Below the pieces are notes generated by a model, which saw nothing but the letters and a program-made list of their open reading frames with translations, searched no databases and was not told the DNA's origin. From Nemertoderma westbladi (taxonomy: Eukaryota; Animalia; Xenacoelomorpha): 32,365 nt of DNA. Both the position numbers and the translations under genes were made by a program. Positions within the stretch are counted from its first letter, which is position 1, and the number at the start of each line of letters is the position of its first letter. The stretch is from positions 1 through 32,365 of the forward strand of contig JAUCBJ010000999.1 in NCBI GenBank assembly GCA_032718475.1, written 5' to 3'. This document shows, in pieces, positions 1 through 11,121 of the stretch.

Positions 1-1759
1 TTCTTACTGCATTGTAATCCTACAGTAGTTATTGCACTATTGTTAGCTCTTATCAATACAGTATCTAAACTGGGCTAGGCTAAACTACACTCGGTACTTA
101 TGTCTCATCCGGTTATTACTGTACTTCACAATTTTAATCATACCACACAATGATTCACTCGGCCCTCAATGTTACATCCCCTGTTATTACCCTCCCTCCT
201 AATTATTTCCTTTATTGGTTTGGTATTTTTCACTAACACTAGCTAAAAGTTTTGTTATGGGGGTTTTCATGGTTACTGAATTCATTGAATTTATTCCAAA
301 CGTCAGTTTTCACTCTTAACGAAAACTATTGTGTATTTCTGTCAGTCTGTCTGTCCGTCCGACGATCTAACCAGAAATACTATGTAGTATAAACTACTAT
401 ATTACACCATGTCCTGGAATAGTGTCGTTATTGAGGTACCTGGACCCCCCCCCCCCCCCCCCCCCGCCCCCAAATTTTTCTACAAATCTTAATGAGATTG
501 CATGAAATTTGAAACAGAGATAGTTTCACCTCCCTCCTCCTTGCTGGGTGAGCTATACTTTTTATTTTTACTTTCATTCTTTAGCTACAAGCGTTTGAAA
601 AAGGTGTCTCCGTCGATATTGCGCCAGTTACACCGCAGTTATTCTTAAACCTTATAGTGATTTGTTGATATTGACGGAAAGCTGGCCATGTAAGGATTCC
701 AAATATGTATCATAATCTGAATTTGGTCGTAAAATAGCTGAGATATGAGCGATCAAATGTTGCATGATTTAGCATCTGCGCGAGGCTATATTATTCTATT
801 TAATTAATCATTCATATTCTAGAACACTTTGTTTATATACGAATAGCTACTCAATAGTATGATTACAGAGTTATTGCATTGTTGCCCAGATAGGTATGGG
901 ATAAACAACATGTTCTAGAATATGGTGTATTTTTTAATAGAATAAAACAACCTTGCGCAGGTGTAAAACCATGCAACTTTAGAATGCCCATATCTCTGCT
1001 GTTTTACGACGAAATTCAGATTGTGATACATACAGTATTTGGAATCCTTGCATGGCCAGCTTTCTGTCAATATCAACAAATTGCTATAAGGTTGAAGAAT
1101 AACTGCGCTGTAACTAGCGCAATACCGACGGAGACACCTTTTTCAAACAGGTACTACTGTTATAGCTATCTCCATTTTTTGTAATTCTTAAAATATGTTT
1201 AATAACTATGGTTTTTATTCTAGAACATTTTAATAAACGTGTTCGTTATTATTTTCATAATGACATTAACGACACTGACATCGAAATTGCATCTTTATTG
1301 GCAACAGAAGAGTCGGAATTACCAATAAGCGAGACCCATGGAAATGTCACGATGGGAGTGTTATTTACAAACATTTGTGGGTCAACCACACAGTAAAAAT
1401 GGAAAAGGGCTACAGGGATACAGGTGCAAACATCCAAAGAATTGAGTGCATGTGGGGGCGTGCAAAGTTAAATATAATGCGAACAAAGAAAGGCACAACT
1501 AAAAAGCTACTGAAGAACCATCTGAGCGAGTTCCGATGGAGGGGTCTTAACCCTTTTAGTACTGAATTGGAAAATATCTTGTACCTCCAGAACCTGAATA
1601 TATTTTATGAAATTATAAAAATATTTCTTAAACTTCAACAAATGTCACAGGCTTGCTTCCTTTCAAAATAATCTATGTTTCCCCAATTATGAGGTTGTTT
1701 TTACCGTAGATTTCATTTCCGAAGTCTGTTTTTCTGTACAGCCTATCCTTCCTTATGTG

Positions 1760-2350
1760 TCTGTTGTCTGTCTGTCTGTCTGTCAAATAGAAAAATTGTG
1801 TTTCAACTGAAATCTGAATCTCCTTTTGGGTAATCAATGCCGTGGAATTCGAATCTAACAATAACTTATTCATTCGATTAGCCGTTCTTCTGATATTGTC
1901 TGTCTGTCTGTCATGTTATTATGTCTGTCTGTCAAAATATTACTATCTAATCAGTTTGTTATTACGAATTCTTAAGAAACATCTAACAGCTCCCAAGTGG
2001 CACTGAATGACGTAGAATTCAAACATTGGTTCAGATTATTAAATTATTTATCCGTTCAGCCAATATTGTCTGTCTGTCTGTCTGTCTGTTCGTCAAATAT
2101 TGGGATTGTGTTTGAAGTGAAACAGATTCACTTTTTTGGGTAATCGAAGTCGAGGAATTCGAATCTGACAATAGTTTCTTAATTCAATTAGCCGTTCTTC
2201 TGATATTGTCTGTCTGTCTGTCATGTTTTTGTTTGTCTGACAAAATATGTTAGAATCCGATCAGTTTCTTATTACGAATTCCTAATAAATTTCTAACAGC
2301 TCTGATGGGCCATTGAATGACGTAGAATTCAACATTTGTCCAGTTTATTT
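1760..2350. repeat. Diverged ~310-bp tandem duplication (built of ~140-170 bp subunits with (TGTC)n tracts) in the piggyBac 3' region
   Basis: TAGCCGTTCTTCTGATATTGTCTGTCTGTCTGTCATG recurs at ~1879 and ~2189. TGAATGACGTAGAATTCAA recurs at ~2004 and ~2314. Confidence 0.75.
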
Positions 2351-2495
2351 TATAAAAAGTACAGCTATATTTATAAAAAAATGAAAATGCCATTACAATA
2401 TAACAAATACCGGTATACTGTATACCAAGTGAATATAAGTGCATAAAATATTTAGAAATATTATGGTGATTCAGAGTAAAGTTTGTATGTTGAAA

Positions 2496-4711
2496 TTACG
2501 CTGTGTGGTAACTTTTTGAACATGCCATGCACAATGCCGGTGTATTGGGGCATTGAGGGCAATAAAACCGGGTCTTTTTTTGGATACCCTTAGAGTAACA
2601 CTCGCGGCAACGGTTACGGGGCTTTGCGTCGGTAGCAGTTGGTGGAATCTCCGCAATACAGTGAACCACAATTGGTGGAGCAGGAGAAGATGACGTTGAA
2701 GGCAGTGAATCCTGATACGTACATTTCTTCCGCTTGCGTGGAGTCTCCACAACAATCTGAGTGAGCCATTTAATTGCCTCCTTCATAGCATCCACCATGT
2801 GAGCATTCTTGTTTTTTTCTAGTTTATACATAATAAATGCATTTACACACAACCGAGCGAAAAAGTTGAATCCGACTTTCTTAAACCAAGCTTGGGATTT
2901 TCGAACTGGGTTGTAGTATTCGATCAACTGATCCTGAAGATCAACTCCACCCATGTTCTTATTGTACAAGTCGATGGGTGTTGGCTTCCTGTATGAAACC
3001 ACATCCCCCCCACGAACATGGCGAGACTTCTCAACGTGGTCAGCCTTATCAACTGACGATAGAAAATGCACATCTCTCTTATCAGTGAACTTAATAGCGA
3101 GAAGGTGGTTTTTCCTCATGAAGGTGGTGGATATCGGCTTCTGCTTCATTGAAGCCAACACTCCAGGTATTCCACGTGAAGGGTTTATGGTGCCACGAAT
3201 GCCAGTAGAACGGGTAAGCAAGTACTCGGCCAATCGCACACTGTTGTACCAGTTGTCTATGTGGCAAATGTAACCCTTGTCTAAGAGTCCCGCATCATCA
3301 AGTAATAGTACCACAATATTCTCACTGTGGCTAAGCGAGGATGTCTCATCCACTTGGGGAATGTCTGCCGCCCGACCATAATAAACTCTTGCACTGAGGG
3401 CATATCCTCTCGCATCACATAGTAAAAACGATTTGATGCCAAACCGAGCCCGTTTAGTGCGGATGAACATTTTAAAGCCAAGGCGACCCTTGTGGAGCAA
3501 CAACGCCTCATCCAGGGAAAGATTCACCTGGGGTGTATACACCTTGAATAGCTCGTTCACGATGGTGAGGAATTCGTTCACCCTGGTGGCCCTCACTGTG
3601 ACGTCAACATTGTCTGGGTTGGCAAATCGAATAAACTTCAGGATTTGTAAATATCGATCGCGACTAATTGATCCTGGCTGGGTAAAGAAGGGTGTTGCCA
3701 TAAGTGTGTCCAACGCCCAGTACGACCTGAAATTGAAATTGATTTATTGAACAGCAGAAGCAAACACCAAAAAAGCAGGTGTGGTACTTACCGGTATTTA
3801 TTAAACACAGTTTACACTACCGGTAGCCGAAAAACAACAGCAGTGTGTGCTACTGTGTACATACCTCCTATAGTAAATGACCACACTGGACCACATCACA
3901 ATGTTGACCACCTCTGTAATTATATTTATTCATTTTTTTATTTATTCATTTATTTTATATTTCCATTGGATTTAGGGGGTAGGGGGCCCCTACTCTCCCT
4001 CTCCCTACCATGTGCCAAAACCAGCTTTAATTAGGGTTAGCCACAGTTTCCGATTAGGGTTAAAACCATCATCTTTTGGTTAGCAGTTAGAGTTCTCAGA
4101 CCCCAATCCTAAATCGCTTATACTGTATGTACTGGTAATTTAAATTAAACTATTTACCTGATATCTGGTTTGCGGATGATACCCATGTGAAAAGTTAGAC
4201 CGATGAATTTCTTCATCTCAGCCACAGTGATTACCTTCCACTTCTTAGCACAAGTACCATCATCGTTTGTGTAAAATTTCTGAGCACGGATGTTTGTCCA
4301 CGTGGCGACAGCTTCAAATAGCTGATCAGGTAGAAACACTTGGAAGTAGTCAATTACACTAAATTCAGAAGTGTCAATCCCATTGTTCCACCCCGGTGTT
4401 CCACTAAAATCGAATTGGACACTAATACTAACGTCACTGGCTTCAGTGACAACATCCCACCCGTCACCTGGTAGAGGTGCAATTGCATAACGAGAGCTGC
4501 TGTCTGATGAGTCGTCGGAATCATCAACAGAACCCTCACTTGAACTACTAGCTGCATCACCCTGGTTATCCCCACTTTCCATTCCCGTCACATCGTCACC
4601 ACTTTCTCCACTACCATCAACATAATCATCGACTTCATCGTCGCTCTCATTACTTAGAGTAAAACCATAGTAATTAACAGGATGGCGATCTCTTTCAGGT
4701 CTGTCTGCCAT
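2496..4711 (-). CDS. piggyBac transposase (DDE_Tnp_1_7, PGBD4-like), two exons: 4711-4158 and 3726-2496, 594 aa
   Basis: ATG at 4711 with an acidic N-terminus. Splicing AG|GTAAAT (4157) to TTTCAG|G (3727) gives KPDIRSYWALDTLMATPFF, the conserved piggyBac motif. Catalytic aspartates in SLDEAL, IDNWYNS and MGGVDLQDQ. C-terminal Cys-rich domain RCRECY...YCPQCPNTPALCMAC...YH. 554+1231 nt = 595 codons, no internal stops. Confidence 0.9.
3727..4157 (-). other. Spliceosomal GT-AG intron (431 bp) in the piggyBac transposase
   Basis: Canonical donor AG|GTAAAT and acceptor AATTTCAATTTCAG|G. The phase-2 junction restores the frame and a conserved motif. Confidence 0.82.
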
Positions 4712-5472
4712 GGCCACTGTTAGACTGTTAGACGTACAGTCACTCAATATAGGCCCTAATAATTAATATAATCAGATAATCGTATTATATAATATAATAA
4801 ATAGTATATATCAGTATATTCCAAATGGCACAAGTAGGCTGCCGGTAATAGGCTACACTTAATTTCACTAGGCCTATTACAGTATATATTATGAGAATAA
4901 ATTCTACCGTAATTCTAATTCACTACGCACTACGTACCGGTAATAATAATAATAATAATTAATTGATATAGGCCTATACCGGTAATAAATAATTATTATA
5001 AATTTATATGATAATTATAGGCCTAATAAAAAACAGCATACGTCATACACATAAGTGCAGCAGTGCCGTAAATTGATTCACAAATGACTGACTGAATATA
5101 CAATTACTAACAAATGGATGGATGGAACGTAGTAGCTTTAGTCACCTACAGGATAATATTATGATGTGTTATCCAATCACAAACGAGATAACAAACCACT
5201 CCAGGGTTTAGGGCACGGTACCCCGTAATGTATAATGGATAGTAGTCAACAATCTACCTACAACCAATTCGCCCTGCCTCAACAAAGGCAGCAAAGTTGG
5301 AAGTAAAAGGCCTAGATTTGAATCTCCATAGAAGGCAAGGTAAACCCATTAGCCAATCAAATGGCTGCAAAAAAATTTCAAAAATTATTGTCCTAAGGCA
5401 CTGAATAGTGAATTGGAACACTTTCTAAGGCGCTGTTGGGTGGTGGATGGCCTGCTTATCAAGTGAGATGCC

Positions 5473-5529
5473 ATGGTACAACAGTTGGGACATAGCGCAG
5501 GTGGTTATGGTACAACAGGTGGGACATAG
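5473..5529. repeat. Subterminal 23-bp direct repeat at the piggyBac 5' end (candidate transposase-binding sites)
   Basis: ATGGTACAACAG(T/G)TGGGACATAG at 5473-5495 and 5507-5529, abutting the TIR. Confidence 0.7.
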
Positions 5530-6070
5530 TAATAAAAGGGTTAATAAAGATAATCTATTTCATGAATTAATACAACTAATCAAGAACAATTACTAGACCT
5601 AAGTAACTTATTTTAATTTTTGCAATAATATTGTCAATAAAAACGATTAAAAAAATTTCAAAAATGGAGATAGCTATCACAGTAATACCTTCAAACGCTT
5701 GTAGCTCAAGAATGAAAGCAAAAATAAAAATTCTAGCTCACCCAGCAAGGAGGAGGGAGGTGAAACTATCTCTGTTTCAAATTTCATGCAATCTCATTAA
5801 GATTTGTAGAAAAATTTGGGGGGTGGTCCAGGTACCTGAATAACGACACTATATTCCAGGACATGGTGTATGTACGTAGCCTACCCATAAACGATATTAA
5901 TTTTTATTAGTAACTAGTTTTTTTCTATTTAAAAAAAAGATCTATGTCATGTTAGCTATTGTTAGGTGCAGAGCAAATATTTTTTGTTCTGTAACATTTT
6001 TTAAAAAAAATTGACATATTTTATAACAACTTATTTATTGTCATAATAATATTATTTTTACTTATCTACA

Positions 6071-6249
6071 GTATAATCTGTTCACATGCCAAACAATTGA
6101 CAATGCGAAGACCTAAAGGAACAACGGATAAATTTCTTCAGATGTACTTAGTCGAATTTCTTTGGAGGTCCACAAAGAAGCCACCATTTATGGACTTGAT
6201 TGAACTAATAAAATCATATTACAGTACATATAGATTACAATCACAATGA
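6071..6249 (+). pseudogene. Second Merlin/IS1595-like transposase C-terminal remnant (belongs to Merlin-A)
   Basis: The frame from 6079 reads CSHAKQLTMRRPKGTTDKFLQMYLVEFLWRSTKKPPFMDLIELIKSYY...*, which aligns with Merlin-B GRAKLNIMRTKKGTTKKLLKNHLSEFRWRGLNKDNLFHELIQLIKNNY. Not in the ORF track. Confidence 0.72.
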
Positions 6250-8192
6250 ATTTATTTGAGTTGTAACCATAGCATCAATAACATAACTTCTGGAATAAAT
6301 TTATATTAATATAAAAAATATTGGTTTTTCAAAAAATAATAGCTACCGGTATAATTTGCAAAATCGCTAACCAGCATGAAAATTGGTAGCTATTAAACAG
6401 AGATGTATTACAAATAACAAATAACTTCTGATAAAATTAGTCAATTTAAAAAAATGTTCTAGAAAAAAAGATGTCTGTACTATATAATTTTGTATAATTT
6501 TCTCTACCTATCCATAGCTAATATTATGGGTATACAGACGTTTCGGCCTAGGACGTTTCGGTCCAGGACGTTTCGGCCCGGACATTTCGGCCCGGACGAT
6601 TCGGCCCGGACGTTTCGGCCCATGACTGTAACCGAATGAAAAGGCCAACTTGTTTGATATGATAATAATTATTCATTAAAATTATAATTATTTCACAATA
6701 ACATACAGTACAAACACTTAATGAAATATCTTTCATGAAATGGCTATTTAATTTATTTCAATCAAAATAAAATAAACATTATGCATGTGGTGCTCTGCCC
6801 CATTATGTTTTGCGGCCGAAAAAATGCAAGTCAGAACAAAACGTTTGGTACCGAGTACCACATTGCTAATAAACTACTAAAGCGAATCAATTTCACGAAC
6901 CATTTAGGGCTTAAATCTCGTCGGATCGATATATTTTGGAGATACTTCATTAATTTTAAACATTACTCAATTGATAATTATTGTAGCTGGACAGTGTGTT
7001 GCAGCTATGTCTTAATGATCTGTTGAAACAATAACTCTCATCTCGATGATAGATGATTTTGATTTATACCCATAGATAAAGACGTATAATGCTTTTATTA
7101 ATTCATATTTTATTTCACTTTCACATCCACTCTGGTCCATTTAATACGCATATATTTCCTCTAAATTTAAATTTAATACCCATATATTTCATCTAAATTT
7201 AAATTTAATACGCATATATTTTATCTCATTCCATATGACATCCAGTCTATGTCATAATTATTAGCAATGCTCCTTTAATGGAATATTTCTTATCTATTAT
7301 ATTTTTAAGTCTAACATTAAAATACAGTAATAATTTTAATTCGGTGTATTTTAATGTACTTTATTTATTGACTCACATTTTAAAATACGTATGTTTTTAA
7401 CTATTACTTTACCTTTATTACTTTACCTATTACCTTTACTGTTACTTACTTTTAACTATCTAACTGAACTGTATTAACTAAAGTTAATTTATCAGCATTT
7501 GTTATCTTTGTTTTAAGTTACAGTATGGTGTAAATTTATATTAATAAATAATAATAATAATAATATTACATTAGTTATTATTTATAAATATAATGTAGAA
7601 CTTCGATCTTGATGACTTTCAAACAAGTGTCGGAGCAGTTCCTACTGACAACTGAAGCTAGCTAGCGCCATCTAAGTTAATTTTGTTAACTCTTGTAACG
7701 CACGTAACAACTACACGAAGTGGGGCCTTCGCGCAGCACGTAACTTAAATTTAATTTAAGTACTAATTCGAAAGTATTACTGTATTAGCAAATTTTAAGC
7801 AGATTTCGCCTAATCACTTTTTACCTCTTTCATTTCTATTCAGACATTTCTGACTCTAGCGGTATAGTGAGAACTGAAGATGGATTAGGGTCTCCAGCCC
7901 CACAAAGACACAGCCTATGGATGAATAGTACATACGTACATCGGCCAAGTTTCATCTTGAATAACGGATAACGAAATGAGAGACGGATCTCACTTTCAGA
8001 AATTTCGTCGTATAGCGGCAGACCGATTAAATCTCCCCCCCCCCCCCCCCCCACAAAGACGCAGCATGTGGTCCAGAATATATGGCAAGATTCAGCTTAA
8101 ACTGATTAAAATCAATGAGACGGGAGAATCTATTCACTTTCAGGCATAAAGTAGTCCTATAGCGGGTGACTGTTGAACTGATTTTCAACAAA

Positions 8193-9063
<871 letters not shown>

Positions 9064-9481
9064 AACTATTTGCATAAATTGACCCACCCCCTAACAGTGT
9101 CAATTCGCTAAGGCTCCGCCAACTTCGTGGCTCGCCCCACAAAACAAATATATTGAATAACTTATTATTAATAGCTTATTTAAGGGAGTAAAGTGAATCT
9201 TTGGGCCAAAACGTCCGACAAGCAAATCTTGTATTTCATTTATTGGACCGAAACGTCCTAGGCCAAAACGTCTTAGACCGAAACGTCTGTTACCCAATAT
9301 TATGATATCGAATATTTCTAAAATAAAAAGTTGCAAAAACTAGCTACAGTACAGTATTAAAAACTCAAACTCTATTGATGGGTGCACATAATATAGTAGT
9401 GCCACAGAAATGAGTTTTCCTAAACGATAGTACAGTATATATTTCGTCCGACGATCTGTCTGTCAAAATATAAGGACATCA

Positions 9482-9779
9482 TGATCATACCACCAAGTTA
9501 AACCAATATTGTGCATTGGTACACCTTGGATAGGCCAGCCCATTATTAGTGAGGTCGGCATTTCTCTTTATCCTGCCGCTCTCTTTGTATTACAATAGCA
9601 TACAGCATACAGCTAACCAATGGCAATGGTCTCCCCCCAGTGCGGGAAAGACAAGCAGGCTACCATTGAATTGAATAGGGGAAGGATAATATGGTGTGTT
9701 CGTGTTCCCATCCTAATGTCTGTCGTCTTGGCTCAGCTAAGCTTAAACAGAGCCACAGCCTTACAATAGAGCTTTACCT
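9482..9779 (+). mobile_element. Possible degenerate 5S rRNA-derived SINE (SINE3-like)
   Basis: GATCA...CCAAGTTAAACCAA...TGGTACACCTTGGATAGG resembles the 5S A-box/C-box region (GAAGTTAAGC...CTTGGATGGG). It ends in CTTTACCT, like CR1/L2-type tails. Similarity is weak and judged by eye only. Confidence 0.3.
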
Positions 9780-10378
9780 AAATACACTTCCAGTGAGCCA
9801 AGCAGTAGTGGCGGGTTAGCTCCAAAATGCCCATGTAGGATTTTTTATACGAGCTATTTTTTTTTTTAACTTTTTTTATAAATGTTATAGAACACGTGTT
9901 ACCTATCAATTTTGATGCCGGTACATATTTTTGTTCTAGAACACATTTTTTTGTTATAGAACATTAAATAGTAGAGGAATCATCATGCAGCCCTTATTTA
10001 AAAAAAATCGTCATTTTAAATGATTAGACCTCTTCGAAATTGCAGAATTTTGCATAAACACACAGTTGTGTTTGATGTTCTAAATAAGTTTTATATTTTT
10101 AATATCTTATAAAAAGTACTACTGTAGCTAACACAAAATCAAAATTACTATCTACCATCTTACTGACAGAAGATAAAATAATTGTTCTAGAACAAAAAAC
10201 TCATGATATTAGCCATTTTCACAAAAAAAAAAAATTATAAAAAAATTTTCAAATTTAATTTTTATCACTAGCTAAAAAAAAGTACAAGCTAACACAAAAT
10301 CAAAATTGTTAGCTACCAACCTACTGTCAGAAGGTCAAGTATTTCTTATATAAAAAAAACCTCATGATAATAATTATT

Positions 10379-10511
10379 TATTACATAGAAAAAAAGTAGA
10401 ACTTTTTTTTCACTATTCTGGAGGCATTTTATTTACCGAGCTTCAGCGAGGTTAATAAAGGGTCGAGAGAATATTTAAAAAAATGTTCTACGTTTTTTTT
10501 CCCATGTAATA
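10379..10511. repeat. Imperfect palindrome (foldback) with central hairpin
   Basis: TATTACATAGAAAAAAAGTAGAAC...TATTCT pairs with AGAATA...GTTCTACGTTTTTTTTCCCATGTAATA. Core TTTATTTACC-GAGCTTCAGCGA-GGTTAATAAA. Confidence 0.6.
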
Positions 10512-11121
10512 CGTGATTTTATTCTTAAATTGGTACTTTTTGTTGATCAATTCTTTAATGAAAAATATACAGTAACGATATAGTGTTAGATAATAAATTG
10601 AACTGCAGTATTTTACTAGGCCTACTGTATATTGGTTCCATAGTTACTGCGATTCAAATTATGGTACTCTTCAACTCTCCATGTTGCGTTGTTACTCAAT
10701 GTTAAATAATTTAGTGTTCTCGAATATTTATTACGTAACGAGAGAGCCGCTTAACTTCGTACATAATCTTACTGTATATTGGATATTGAGAGCCTATTGT
10801 ACTACTGTAGAGATGTAGCCTATTGTACTACTGTAGAGGTATAACCTACTGTAGAGAGCCGCTTAACAACATAAACCAATATTGGATATTGAGTTCCGTT
10901 TTGGAGTACGCAGCGCAGACACTAAATTTGCCATAACTTTTTTTGTGTACTCTAACACAATCCGGGTCCCCCAATCATACGTACCTACACCAATACACAC
11001 TTTACATATCATTTCTTACATGTTATGTAATATCCACTCGACCCATCCACTGCACTCTAACATACTTATCGTACTTTACACCATACGTATCTAACTAACT
11101 CCCTTCGATCCGGCCGGATCA

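Larger units (their letters stand above)
1551..5540 (-). mobile_element. Full-length piggyBac-family DNA transposon (3990 bp)
   Basis: TTAA TSDs at 1547-1550 and 5541-5544. 13-bp TIRs CCCTTTTAGTACT (1551-1563) / AGTAATAAAAGGG (5528-5540), with one mismatch. Internal piggyBac transposase gene. Precise removal restores the Merlin reading frame. Confidence 0.93.
1279..5596 (+). pseudogene. Merlin/IS1595-family (ISXO2-like DDE) transposase C-terminal remnant, split by piggyBac (1279-1550 joined to 5545-5596)
   Basis: The frame reads YKHLWVNH...TGANIQRIECMWGRAK...KGTTKKLLKNHLSEFRWRG. After removing the piggyBac and one TTAA it continues in frame as LNKDNLFHELIQLIKNNY* (TAG 5594-5596). The HxxVNH, TxxIExxW-like and EFxWR motifs are characteristic of IS1595/Merlin. 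The N-terminal catalytic region is missing. Confidence 0.78.
1150..5689 (+). mobile_element. Inner non-autonomous Merlin element (Merlin-B), ~546 bp without the piggyBac insert
   Basis: ~30-bp TIRs GGTACTACTGTTATAGCTATCTCCATTTTT (from 1150) / AAAAATGGAGATAGCTATCACAGTAATACC (to 5689). 8-bp TSD TTCAAACA (1142-1149) / TTCAAACG (5690-5697). GG termini and an 8-bp TSD fit Merlin. It contains an IS1595-like transposase remnant. Confidence 0.85.
405..5868. mobile_element. Foldback MITE with TA target duplication (Tc1/mariner-type non-autonomous element), ~915 bp without its insert, ~430 bp imperfect TIRs
   Basis: TA at 403-404 and 5869-5870 flank CACCATGTCCTGGAAT...ATTCCAGGACATGGTG. The left arm (405-~840) is the reverse complement of the right arm, made of ~901-1149 plus 5698-5868 (split by Merlin-B). 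No coding capacity. Confidence 0.85.

Noticed and set aside
593-1148. Apparent stand-alone ~555-bp palindromic MITE
   Set aside because: It has no TSD of its own. It is the inner part of the 405-5868 foldback element, whose right arm is split by Merlin-B.
2471-4575. Short ORFs overlapping the transposase (2471-2755, 2953-3273, 3281-3511, 3433-3750, 3747-4034, 4354-4575)
   Set aside because: Alternative-frame, antisense or intronic shadows of the piggyBac gene with no recognisable motifs.
405-5868. Idea of a novel TA-targeting element encoding an IS1595-type transposase
   Set aside because: The transposase remnant lies within its own GG-terminated TIRs and 8-bp TSD (1150-5689), so it is a nested Merlin.
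7140-7222. ~32-bp AT-rich tandem repeat; also short duplications at 10741-10893
   Set aside because: Ordinary local slippage duplications.
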